Source of the DNA: an uncultured Methanosarcinales archaeon
GTDB lineage: Archaea; Nanobdellota; Nanobdellia; Woesearchaeales; GW2011-AR4
NCBI GenBank assembly: GCA_964454865.1
Contig: CAYVTQ010000001.1
Span: 3,554 to 67,553 of the forward strand
DNA length: 64,000 bases
Direction of reading: 5' to 3'
Shown here one piece after another: positions 9,185-18,419 of the stretch (positions are counted from its first letter, which is position 1; each line of letters begins with the position of its first letter). The notes beneath the pieces were generated by a model. The model made no database searches. It had not been told where the DNA came from and saw only the letters and a list, made by a program, of their open reading frames with translations. A program made the position numbers and the translations under genes.

Positions 9185-10465
9185 ATGGAATCAAATTCTT
9201 TTCAGCGCAATCAATGCCGGGCGTGCAAAAGCAGAAATCTCGAATTAGTTTTGCCTCTTGCACCCATACCTATTGCTGATGCATATGTTTCCAAGGAATG
9301 CCTAAATGAAGCTCAAAATACTTACCCTTTGGAAGTTTTTTTGTGCAAAAATTGCGGCCTTGTGCAACTGCTTGAAACCATAGACCCGGAAATTTTATAC
9401 AGTAAATTCCTCTATGAAACCTCCACCTCACTAGGCCTTGCAGCCCATTTTCAAAAATATGCCCATGAAGTATTTAAAAAAATCGGGCCTCAAAAAGACA
9501 GCCTTATTGTAGATATAGGGAGCAATGACGGAACCCTGCTAAAAGCGTTTAAGGGCGAAGGGGCCACTAATGTCTTAGGAATAGACCCTGCTGAAGATAT
9601 CTCGAAAAAAGCGACAAAAAACGGAATAAAAACCGTGCCAAAATTTTTTAATATGGGGCTTGCCAATGAAATCACAAAAGAATACGGATTGGCTGGAATA
9701 GTCACTTCAAACAATACCCTTGCCAATATTGATAATCTGGCGGAATTTATTGGTGCAATCAAGCAGCTTATTGACGACCATGGGGTGTTCATCTTTGAAA
9801 CTGTCTATCTGGTTGACCTGTTGACGAATGCCGTTTTTGACAACATCTATCATGAGCATTTAAATTATTTCTCTGTCGGAGCCCTTAAAAAATTATTTCA
9901 GTTGCACAACTTGGAATTGGCGGATGTCGAGAGAATAGAAACCAAAGGAGGGTCTATACGCTGCTATGTCCAGCATAAACAGGGGCCCCTGAAGACTTCA
10001 TCTTCAGTAAATGAACTGATCAGCATGGAAAACGGCCTGAAAATAACTTCTGCGGAAATCTATACCAAATTATCTAAAAAACTAGAGCGCCATAAGCATG
10101 AATTGAGACACTTTCTCACTGATTTAAGGAGCAAGGGCAAGATAATCGCCGGCTACTGTGCGTCGCAAAGTGTTACGACTTTTCTTTATTATTTCGGCAT
10201 AGGGGAGTTTATAAAATTTATAGCGGACGATAACTCCATAAAGCACGGCACATTCAGCCCCGGCTTGCATATCCCGGTTTTGCCGCCGGATGAAATCTAC
10301 AGGCAAAAACCTGATTTTATAATAATATTGGCATGGAGATATTCCGACCCAATCATTAAAAAGCATCAGCTTTATCTTAATGGAAATGGGAGCTTTATTG
10401 TGCCATTTCCTGCTATAGAACTTTTTGATAAAAGTGGCATGAAAGAAGCGGCTAAACATCAATAA
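9185..10465 (+). CDS. NDP-hexose C-methyltransferase (TylCIII/EvaC-like, Zn-ribbon + SAM MT + C-terminal domain)
   Basis: N-terminal CRAC...CKNCG zinc ribbon, DIGSNDG SAM motif, long C-terminal domain; start placed at M16 to avoid overlap with upstream gene. Confidence 0.7.
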   Translation: MESNSFQRNQCRACKSRNLELVLPLAPIPIADAYVSKECLNEAQNTYPLEVFLCKNCGLVQLLETIDPEILYSKFLYETSTSLGLAAHFQKYAHEVFKKIGPQKDSLIVDIGSNDGTLLKAFKGEGATNVLGIDPAEDISKKATKNGIKTVPKFFNMGLANEITKEYGLAGIVTSNNTLANIDNLAEFIGAIKQLIDDHGVFIFETVYLVDLLTNAVFDNIYHEHLNYFSVGALKKLFQLHNLELADVERIETKGGSIRCYVQHKQGPLKTSSSVNELISMENGLKITSAEIYTKLSKKLERHKHELRHFLTDLRSKGKIIAGYCASQSVTTFLYYFGIGEFIKFIADDNSIKHGTFSPGLHIPVLPPDEIYRQKPDFIIILAWRYSDPIIKKHQLYLNGNGSFIVPFPAIELFDKSGMKEAAKHQ

Positions 10466-10475
10466 GGCATCTAAA

Positions 10476-11522
10476 ATGAGAGAACCGGACAATTTCAAAA
10501 ATATAATTTCAGCATTGTGCGATAAGGCAAATATCTCGGGAAACTACAAACTGGAGACTATCAAGGGCGGAAGGAACAACCAGACTTTCTGCGTTTCCTG
10601 CGATAATGGCACCAAGGCACTGCTTAAATACTATTTCAACAGCAGATTTGACAAAAGAAATCGCCTGGCATCCGAACACGCTTTTTTGAAATATCTGCGC
10701 GAATTGGGCTATACCCGCATCCCAAGAGTATTGGCAGTCGACACCGGCAACAATTTAGGGTTATATGAGTATATAGAAGGGAAAAAACTGAGCGCGTCAG
10801 AAATTGGCAAATCTGAAGTGGACTCTGCGATTGATTTCTTTTGCCGCATAAACAACGGAAAATATAGCCTCAAAAACAGCTTTTATCCGGCATCAGAAGC
10901 ATGTTTTAATCTCAATGACCATATAAGAACCGTTGAGACTAGGATTTCTAAACTATCTTCTATAGCCGGAACATCCGGAACAGACCGCATGGCAAGGGAA
11001 TTTATAAAAAATAAGCTAATTGTTTTGTGGGATGAGGTCAGGCAGCATGTATTAGAAAGCACTGCAAGCCTGAACATGGATTTGGATAAAGACATGCCTG
11101 CCAATGAAAAATGCCTGTCCCCTTCCGATTTCGGATTCCACAATGCCCTGAAAAATAGCTCCGGCGAAATTTATTTTTTCGATTTTGAATATGCCGGAAT
11201 AGACGATCCATCCAGAATGATGTGCGATTTCTTCTGCCAGCCCGAAATACCTGTGCCTTTCAAATTTTTCCACTATTTTATCCGGAAGATTTGCAGCGCC
11301 ATACCTTACACTAAGGAAGTAAGTGATAGGGCCGCCATATTATTTCCAGTTTATAAACTGAAATGGTGCTGCATACTGCTGAATGAATTTTTGCAAGATA
11401 GCATGGCGCGCAGGAAATTTGCCATTTCTGAAGGGTCTCCTGACCTCAAGCTGCAGCAGCTCAATAAAGCTCTGAAATACATGGAAAATTTTGAATTGAT
11501 CAAGAACGAGATTATGGCGTAG
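10476..11522 (+). CDS. Phosphotransferase-family kinase (APH/choline-kinase fold)
   Basis: Brenner-type SDFGFHNAL (DxxxxN) catalytic loop and DFEYAG Mg-binding motif. Confidence 0.6.
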   Translation: MREPDNFKNIISALCDKANISGNYKLETIKGGRNNQTFCVSCDNGTKALLKYYFNSRFDKRNRLASEHAFLKYLRELGYTRIPRVLAVDTGNNLGLYEYIEGKKLSASEIGKSEVDSAIDFFCRINNGKYSLKNSFYPASEACFNLNDHIRTVETRISKLSSIAGTSGTDRMAREFIKNKLIVLWDEVRQHVLESTASLNMDLDKDMPANEKCLSPSDFGFHNALKNSSGEIYFFDFEYAGIDDPSRMMCDFFCQPEIPVPFKFFHYFIRKICSAIPYTKEVSDRAAILFPVYKLKWCCILLNEFLQDSMARRKFAISEGSPDLKLQQLNKALKYMENFELIKNEIMA

Positions 11523-11526
11523 GTGG

Positions 11527-12192
11527 ATGATGGGCGGACAACTTAGCATTATATCAGCATTGCATAAAAAAACCCAGCGTGATTATATTAAAAGGGTAAA
11601 CAACTCCAAAATTGATTGCATGAAAGTCGCAAGAATGTACGGCAAGGACTATTGGGACGGCGACAGAAAGTTCGGCTATGGAGGGTACAAATATGATGGA
11701 AGATGGTCTGTTGTGGCAAAAGAGCTGATAAAGATTTATAATCTCCCTGCCACAGCAAAAATCCTGGATGTAGGCTGCGGAAAAGGATTTCTGCTTTATG
11801 AGTTCAAAAAATTGCTGCCAAAATGCACAATTGCCGGGTTTGACATATCGGAATATGCCGTCAAGAATGCAAAAGAAGAGGTCAAGAGCGATTTGCACGT
11901 TCATCCGGCCCAAGATTCATATGGCTATACCGACAAAGAATTTGACCTTGTAGTATCTCTTACGACTCTCCACAACCTGAAAATTTATGATTTGCATTCT
12001 GCTTTAAAGGAGATAGAAAGGGTAGGGAAGCATAAATATATTGTTGTTGAGAGCTATAGGGATGAAAAGGAGCTATTTAATCTCGAATGTTGGGCACTCA
12101 CTGCCCAGTCTTTTTTCAGCATCGAGGAATGGGAATGGATTTTTGGGCATTTTGGCTATTCCGGCGATTACGAATTTATATTCTTCGAATAG
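11527..12192 (+). CDS. Class I SAM-dependent methyltransferase
   Basis: ILDVGCGKGFLL motif I, acidic motif II (GFDIS). Confidence 0.65.
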   Translation: MMGGQLSIISALHKKTQRDYIKRVNNSKIDCMKVARMYGKDYWDGDRKFGYGGYKYDGRWSVVAKELIKIYNLPATAKILDVGCGKGFLLYEFKKLLPKCTIAGFDISEYAVKNAKEEVKSDLHVHPAQDSYGYTDKEFDLVVSLTTLHNLKIYDLHSALKEIERVGKHKYIVVESYRDEKELFNLECWALTAQSFFSIEEWEWIFGHFGYSGDYEFIFFE

Positions 12193-12255
12193 CAATTACT
12201 TATCAAATCTGCATGCATCAAAGCTTTTATAAATCATACAAAATTACTCTGTTCT

Positions 12256-13302
12256 ATGATTCATAGCCTTAAAAATTATATCGAAGGCATAAAAACTGCC
12301 TACAATACCGGTCTAATTGAAAGCTTAATTAAGCAATTCAAAACGAAAAAGTTGCTGGTAATAGGCGACACAATAATTGATGAATACTACTTTACCTCAA
12401 TCAAGGGAACTGCCATCAAGGATCCCATAATCTCTGCGGAATATAAATACCATGAAACTTATCCCGGCGGAATATTGGCAATTTATAGCCATCTAAGCGA
12501 TTTCGCGGATAAGATTAATTTAGTCACATTATTGGGAGAATACAGCCCTAACCTGGACTTTATTAAAAAAAATATCCATAAAAATACCAATTTTAAACAT
12601 TTTATAAAGCCGGATTCCCACACAATTGTAAAACGAAGGTACATAGACGCTTACAGGAATAACAAGCTTTTCAAAATAGAGTATATGAATGACATGCCAA
12701 TATCCGAAAAGCTGTCCGGGGAAATTCTGGATTATTTAAGAAATGAAATTAAAAAATATGATATAGTGATTGCAGGGGATTTCGGCCACGGCTTTCTCAA
12801 TAAGCAGATAAGGGAATGTTTGGATGAAGAATCCCCTTACCTGTCAATAAATGTGCAGACAAACAGCGCCAACAGGGGATACAATTATGTAAATCTTTAC
12901 AAAAAACCTGATTTTTTCACTATCAATGAGGAGGAATTGAGGCTGACTATGATGAAGAGATTTGACGACACTAACGAGGTTATAAGGGAATTGCACAACA
13001 CTTTTAAGTATGGTAAATTTCTTGTCACACGCGGTAAAGAGGGATGCACTTTTTTTAATGATGGAAATATTGTCGAGGCTCCGGCATTGACAGAGAATGT
13101 AATTGACACTATTGGATCCGGAGATGCAGTATTTTCAATTGCAAGCTTATTTGTGCATAGCCATCCGGATGATAATCTGGTCCCGTTTATCGCAAACTGT
13201 GCGGGGGCTATAAAATCCAATTACATGGGCAACAAAGAAAGAATCACAGCAGAAAAATTATTAAGATTTATCAAAGAGCTGTATGAAAATGAACTGGAAT
13301 AG
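12256..13302 (+). CDS. PfkB-family sugar kinase, RfaE domain-I-like (heptose-7-phosphate kinase-like)
   Basis: LLVIGDTIIDEYY N-terminus and GSGDA anion hole; no fused adenylyltransferase domain. Confidence 0.6.
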   Translation: MIHSLKNYIEGIKTAYNTGLIESLIKQFKTKKLLVIGDTIIDEYYFTSIKGTAIKDPIISAEYKYHETYPGGILAIYSHLSDFADKINLVTLLGEYSPNLDFIKKNIHKNTNFKHFIKPDSHTIVKRRYIDAYRNNKLFKIEYMNDMPISEKLSGEILDYLRNEIKKYDIVIAGDFGHGFLNKQIRECLDEESPYLSINVQTNSANRGYNYVNLYKKPDFFTINEEELRLTMMKRFDDTNEVIRELHNTFKYGKFLVTRGKEGCTFFNDGNIVEAPALTENVIDTIGSGDAVFSIASLFVHSHPDDNLVPFIANCAGAIKSNYMGNKERITAEKLLRFIKELYENELE

Positions 13303-13846
13303 CTATAAAGAATCAATAATAGGCGCCTTGGAGATTTTCAGATTTGATGAAGGGATACTTGATTTGATCAGGAATTCCGTCAGCAAAAACCAGAGGATTT
13401 TCATAGGAGGCAATGGCGGGAGCGCTGCATTATCATTGCATTACGCAGCAGATTTATCAAAAGGGGCCAATTCAAACTGGGAAAAAAACGCCAAAAGGCT
13501 TAAGGCTGTTCCCCTAACCGGCAGTATAGGGTATATCACTGCCATATCCAACGATCTTAATTATGATGAGATATTCAAGCAGCAATTGATAAATCTGGCA
13601 TCCAAAAATGATATACTGATTCTGATTTCCTCTTCCGGGAACAGCCCAAATATAGTAAAAGCTGCGGAATATGCAAAAAAAGCCGGACTGATTGTTGTAG
13701 GCATCACAGGATTTGATGGCGGAAAGCTGAAGGGGCTATCTGACTACTCAGCTCATCTGGACTTTGATTCATATGAAGTTTGCGAAGATGTCCACGGAAT
13801 ATTCGGCCATTTCCTTTCGTGCTATTTGAGAAGCAGCCCGGACTAG
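13283..13846 (+). CDS. gmhA: Phosphoheptose isomerase (SIS domain, GmhA-like)
   Basis: GGNGGSAALSLHYAADL, ISSSGNSPN and GFDGGK motifs match GmhA. Confidence 0.75.
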   Translation: MKMNWNSYKESIIGALEIFRFDEGILDLIRNSVSKNQRIFIGGNGGSAALSLHYAADLSKGANSNWEKNAKRLKAVPLTGSIGYITAISNDLNYDEIFKQQLINLASKNDILILISSSGNSPNIVKAAEYAKKAGLIVVGITGFDGGKLKGLSDYSAHLDFDSYEVCEDVHGIFGHFLSCYLRSSPD

Positions 13847-14445
13847 AGATTTTCCATATCTTCTATTATCTGGTGCCAAGACCTGACTATTCTGAATTTG
13901 CCATTTTGTATTTCTCCGCTCGGATCAAACAGCATTCTTTTAACTGACGTGGGGAATTTACTGCCGTTTAAGAACTCCGGCAAGTCATCAATAAAATGCG
14001 TGCATTTTTGAATTTTAATCCTTTCAATTTTCTTATCGCCTGTCAGTTCAAAAAATATATTCTCTTCCTTTAATCCCATCACCCCATCATAAAATCTGTT
14101 TCTCTTCAACCACTGGCGGGCGTATTTGTGCAGATCATACTTTGGCCCCATATAAGGGTTTAATGTCCTATGGCTGATTATATATGCCTGCAATCCTTTC
14201 TCCCTGCAGATTTCGAAAAAATCCCTTACTCCCTCAAATGGCTTTGCATTGAATATTCCGGGGCCGTAAATATATCCCTGCAGCTCAATCCATTCATTTT
14301 CCCTGCACGCATCCCTAAGATAGTCTCTCACGCTGTTTTTAGACATAGATAAATTTTTTGGTATGATTCCCTTATCCAGAGCAGTGTTGTAGAACAGATT
14401 ATCATAACATACAATTGTATTGTCAAAGTCTACTCCTATAATCAT
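13843..14445 (-). CDS. HAD-superfamily hydrolase (phosphatase)
   Basis: N-terminal VDFDNT (DxD) HAD motif I. Confidence 0.55.
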   Translation of the reverse strand: MIIGVDFDNTIVCYDNLFYNTALDKGIIPKNLSMSKNSVRDYLRDACRENEWIELQGYIYGPGIFNAKPFEGVRDFFEICREKGLQAYIISHRTLNPYMGPKYDLHKYARQWLKRNRFYDGVMGLKEENIFFELTGDKKIERIKIQKCTHFIDDLPEFLNGSKFPTSVKRMLFDPSGEIQNGKFRIVRSWHQIIEDMENL

Positions 14446-14455
14446 TTTATGAAAT

Positions 14456-15496
14456 TCAACCCATATCGATCAAGGGCCTGACAATCTTGCCAGATTCCAT
14501 ATCACCCAATGCATCATTAATTTCATTAAGCTTGTAGATATTTGACGTAAACGGCTCCAAGTTTATTTCGTGCGAGGCAATAAATTTCAGATACTTCAAA
14601 AAATCAGAGTCGGGATTGCTGTCCCCTCCCCATGTTCCCAGTATGCTCTTGCCCATATTAAACTCTTGGGGGTTAATATTCAAAATTTTGCCATGGGGGG
14701 CATTTCCAACTATCACAACCTTTCCCCCCTGTTTCCTTACGCTACTCACAGCCTGCAGCATTGTTTCAGGCATTCCGCATGATTCTATTGCAAAATCCAC
14801 CCCATTTTTGCAAACTTCTCTTATTTTATCTGGAGAAAGATCGTTGGAGTTATCTATCAGGTGGGTAGCCCCGTACTTCTCCGCTGTTTTTAATTTATTT
14901 TTATTAATATCGACTGCAAATATCGGGCGGCACTGGCTAATTCTTGCTCCTGCAATAGCAAATAGGCCTATGCCTCCTGTGCCAAACACGGCAATGCTCT
15001 CCCCTTTTTTCGGCTTTGCAACATTAAGGACAGCCCCCATTCCAGTAGGGAATGCACAGCCTAGTAACGCAATCTCTTTCATTGAAATATCCCAGCTCTC
15101 CGGCACGGCGGTCAAGCGATTTTCTGAAATAACGGACTGCCTTGAAAATGTGGTGATAGCTCCGGCATTTACTCTTTTCCCGCCTAATTCATAGGCTGTT
15201 CCCGGCACGTCCATTCCGGAGCCTTTTATCCACGACATTATGACCTTATCACCGGGCTTTACCTTCGTTACTTTAGGGCCGGCTTCCCTGACTATTCCCG
15301 AGCCTTCATGCCCCAGGCAATGCGGCAAATACTTGTCCTCTCCTCTGTGGCCATATTTTTCTAAAATCTGAGTATGGCAAACTCCGCTATATTTTATATC
15401 CACCAAAACCTGGCCATCCTTTAATTCAGGGATTTTCAGGCTTACCAATTTCAGCGGATTTCCCAATTCTTCCAGTATTGCAGCTTCAGTCAGCAT
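14456..15496 (-). CDS. Zinc-dependent alcohol dehydrogenase (MDR family)
   Basis: GVCHTQ and GHEGSG Zn-ADH motifs, GxGxxG Rossmann (GTGGIG). Confidence 0.8.
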   Translation of the reverse strand: MLTEAAILEELGNPLKLVSLKIPELKDGQVLVDIKYSGVCHTQILEKYGHRGEDKYLPHCLGHEGSGIVREAGPKVTKVKPGDKVIMSWIKGSGMDVPGTAYELGGKRVNAGAITTFSRQSVISENRLTAVPESWDISMKEIALLGCAFPTGMGAVLNVAKPKKGESIAVFGTGGIGLFAIAGARISQCRPIFAVDINKNKLKTAEKYGATHLIDNSNDLSPDKIREVCKNGVDFAIESCGMPETMLQAVSSVRKQGGKVVIVGNAPHGKILNINPQEFNMGKSILGTWGGDSNPDSDFLKYLKFIASHEINLEPFTSNIYKLNEINDALGDMESGKIVRPLIDMG

Positions 15497-16412
15497 TATT
15501 AAGATTCTCCATTATTTTTTTTGATATTTGATAAGGGGCAAGACCCATAAATTCCCTTGCGTAAGATTGGCTTCCAACCCTGTATAAGAACCTATCTTTT
15601 GTCCCGAATCTCAATAATCTGGATTTTTTGAAATTGTCACATGACCATTCAGCCACGCTTGATCCCAGCCCTCCAAGAAGGCTGTGCTCTTCAATTGTCG
15701 CAATCAGGCCGAATTCATTGAAAACATCGCTCAAAACTTCAGTATCCAAGGGCTTCAATGTAAACATATTTACCACTTGCGCAGATATGCCTTTTTCACC
15801 CAAAATTTTGGCAGCCTCAACAGAAGTGGACAGCATATTGCCTATACTTAAAATACAAACATCTTTTCCTTTTTGGATAATATTCCCCTTGCCGATTTTT
15901 GAATTTGGCACTTCCTTGTAAACAAGAGGGTCATTTTTTTTCCCTAGCCTCAGATAAACCGGCCCGTCATGATTTAGGGCCAGCCTTATAGCGGACCTTA
16001 CTTCATAGGCATCTCCGGGGCAAATGACAGACATATTAGGAAGCGCCCTCATTATTGCCAGATCCTCGCATGAATGGTGGGTTGCACCCAATGGGGCATA
16101 TTCAAACCCCGCCCCTACTGCCACTATAACCACTGGAAAATTGTTGTAGCATATATCCACCCTTATTTGTTCATAACATCTTGTCGTTATGAACGGCGCT
16201 ATGGTGTAACCAATAGGCCTCAGCCCGCAAGAGGCTATTCCGGCAGCCATTCCAATTAAATTAGCTTCTGCCACTCCGCAATTAAAAAACCTGTTGGGGA
16301 ACTTTTCTTTGAACTTATCAAAGAGCTTGTTGCCTATGTCGCCCGGCATCAAAACAACCTTGTCATTCTTTTCCGCTAATTTTGTCACTTCATCTGCAAA
16401 GGCATTCCTCAT
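15486..16412 (-). CDS. Transketolase, C-terminal (pyrimidine-binding) subunit of split enzyme
   Basis: 308 aa transketolase Pyr/C-terminal domains; 4-bp overlap with N-terminal subunit gene. Confidence 0.8.
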   Translation of the reverse strand: MRNAFADEVTKLAEKNDKVVLMPGDIGNKLFDKFKEKFPNRFFNCGVAEANLIGMAAGIASCGLRPIGYTIAPFITTRCYEQIRVDICYNNFPVVIVAVGAGFEYAPLGATHHSCEDLAIMRALPNMSVICPGDAYEVRSAIRLALNHDGPVYLRLGKKNDPLVYKEVPNSKIGKGNIIQKGKDVCILSIGNMLSTSVEAAKILGEKGISAQVVNMFTLKPLDTEVLSDVFNEFGLIATIEEHSLLGGLGSSVAEWSCDNFKKSRLLRFGTKDRFLYRVGSQSYAREFMGLAPYQISKKIMENLNNAD

Positions 16413-17284
16413 ATTAATCCCAGCTCCTTTTTAGCCTTAATCAATTCCTGTTCATTTGGAACTTTGTAATGCCAATTGTTATCGTCCTCCATAAATGACA
16501 CTCCTTTGCCTTTTGTTGTGTGGGCAATAACAGCCACTGGCTTTCCGGAGCCGTCAGGAATGTTATTGAGTATCTTAAATATCTCCTGGAGATTATGCCC
16601 GTCAATTTCATAAACGCTCCATCCAAAAGATCTCCACTTATCAGCCAGCGGCTCTATTGCTAAAATTTCAGTACTTCTTCCAGTTGCCTGCCACTTATTA
16701 AAATCAACAATCACCGCAACGTTTTCAAGCTTGTGCATTGGAGCAAACATTGCAGCTTCCCAAACAGACCCCTCATTACATTCGCCATCGCTTATAAGTG
16801 CAAATACTCTATAGTCTCTTTGCTGTATGCCTCCTCCAAGAGAAATCCCGATGCCGAATGGCAGTCCATGGCCAAGGGATCCTGTTATAGCTTCAACACC
16901 CGGAATTCCCCGGTCCGGGTGCTCTGCAAAAGCTGTATCATTTTTGCCGAATGTCTCAAGCAAACTTTCTTCAAAAAATCCCTTATAAGCAAGAGTCGCG
17001 TACAATGCCATTGCAGCATGCCCTTTACTAAGGATAAACCTATCCCTGCCAGGCTCTTTTGGGTCCTTGGGGTTTATTTTAAGTATCTTCCAGTAAATCA
17101 CTGCCAAAATATCTACACAAGACAGGGCTGATGCCAGATGAGCAACATCCGCCTTGCTGGCCATTTCCAGGACCTTGCCGCGAATTTTACTTGCGATTTT
17201 ACTTAATTCCAAAAAATCCGGATTTTTGTCGTTTAGCTTCATTTGTTTGCTGGGTTTATACCCCTCCCCTTGGGGCGACCTCAT
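16409..17284 (-). CDS. Transketolase, N-terminal (TPP-binding) subunit of split enzyme
   Basis: GHAAMALYA and GSLGHGL TPP-binding motifs; 291 aa. Confidence 0.8.
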   Translation of the reverse strand: MRSPQGEGYKPSKQMKLNDKNPDFLELSKIASKIRGKVLEMASKADVAHLASALSCVDILAVIYWKILKINPKDPKEPGRDRFILSKGHAAMALYATLAYKGFFEESLLETFGKNDTAFAEHPDRGIPGVEAITGSLGHGLPFGIGISLGGGIQQRDYRVFALISDGECNEGSVWEAAMFAPMHKLENVAVIVDFNKWQATGRSTEILAIEPLADKWRSFGWSVYEIDGHNLQEIFKILNNIPDGSGKPVAVIAHTTKGKGVSFMEDDNNWHYKVPNEQELIKAKKELGLI

Positions 17285-17291
17285 TTTTATT

Positions 17292-18419
17292 TTACTTTTG
17301 GAATGAATTTATCCCTTCAATAACAAGATTAATTTGGCTATCTTTTAGTTCCGGGTAAAGAGGCAGGCTTAATATCCTTTTTGCCTGCTTTTCTGCCACT
17401 GGAAAATCTCCTTTTTTGAATCCGAGACTCAGCGATTGCAGCTGCAAATGGATAGGCACAGGGTAATGGACTTTAGTTTCTATGCCCTTGCCAAGCAGAT
17501 ATTTTTGCAATTCATCCCTTTTTTCAGACTCTATGATGAAATTATGATAAAACGGCTCTTCATACTCTTTGTCATGGGGTATTTTTGCAATACCTTTTGC
17601 TTCTTTCAGCCCTTTTCGGTATAAAGAAACTATCTCCTTAATTCTTGCCCCGGTATCCTCCAAATGCCTTAAGCGCACATTGAGGATTGCGGCTTGTATG
17701 GAATCCAAGCGTGAATTATATCCCCACATGATTGTCTCGTCCCTGTTTTTAAGCCCGTGATTTCTGAGATGGAGTATCTTTTCATATAACTCCTTATTAT
17801 TAGTCGTTATAACTCCGCCATCCCCGCAGCAATTAAGGTTCTTTAGAGGATGCAGGCTAAAACAGCCTGCAATTCCGAATGATCCCACCCTTGCCCCCTT
17901 ATATTCTGCCCCTACAGCCTGTGCAGTATCTTCTATCACATGCAGCCCGTTCTTTTTTGCCATTTCCAATATTGGAGACATATTTGCAGGCCTTCCAGTC
18001 AAATGCACAGGTATTATTGCTCTTGTGTTTTTTGTAATTGCTTTTTCTATAAGATCAGGATTTATGTTGTAGTCATCGCCGACATCTGCAAAAGCCGGCA
18101 CCGCCCCGGCAGCTATTATGGCACCGGCAGTCGCTATAAATGAATTTGGCGCCGTTATTACTTCATCTCCCTGACCTATCCCCAAAGCCTTCATGCAGAG
18201 AAATAAGGCGTCAGTCCCATTGCCCACGCCTATTGCATAGCTGCAGCCGCAATATTTTGCAAATTCCCTTTCAAACTCCTTCACTTCCGACCCCAGTATA
18301 TAATCTCCTGATTCCAAGACGGAATTTATCCTAGACACTATTTCTGCTTTTGCCGACTCAAACTGGGCTGATAAATCCACAAACTTCACTTTTACATTAC
18401 TCGCGCATTGCTCACTCAT
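17292..18419 (-). CDS. DegT/DnrJ/EryC1/StrS family sugar aminotransferase (PLP)
   Basis: Fold-type I AT; conserved sugar-AT blocks. Confidence 0.85.
   Translation of the reverse strand: MSEQCASNVKVKFVDLSAQFESAKAEIVSRINSVLESGDYILGSEVKEFEREFAKYCGCSYAIGVGNGTDALFLCMKALGIGQGDEVITAPNSFIATAGAIIAAGAVPAFADVGDDYNINPDLIEKAITKNTRAIIPVHLTGRPANMSPILEMAKKNGLHVIEDTAQAVGAEYKGARVGSFGIAGCFSLHPLKNLNCCGDGGVITTNNKELYEKILHLRNHGLKNRDETIMWGYNSRLDSIQAAILNVRLRHLEDTGARIKEIVSLYRKGLKEAKGIAKIPHDKEYEEPFYHNFIIESEKRDELQKYLLGKGIETKVHYPVPIHLQLQSLSLGFKKGDFPVAEKQAKRILSLPLYPELKDSQINLVIEGINSFQK

Noticed and set aside
10476-11522. Kinase-like protein appearing to lack the catalytic Asp (FHNALKN instead of HGDxxxxN)
   Set aside because: Shifting the alignment by four residues gives SDFGFHNAL, a DxxxxN loop with Asp and Asn conserved, followed by DFE; the protein is probably an active kinase
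14616-15194. Antisense ORFs inside the Zn-ADH, transketolase, AglB, DegT and topo VI genes (for example 14616..15194+, 15628..15921+, 35611..35949-, 58863..59240+, 62405..62593+)
   Set aside because: Embedded in the opposite strand of genes with strong motif support; Pro/Ser/Leu-rich translations typical of shadow frames
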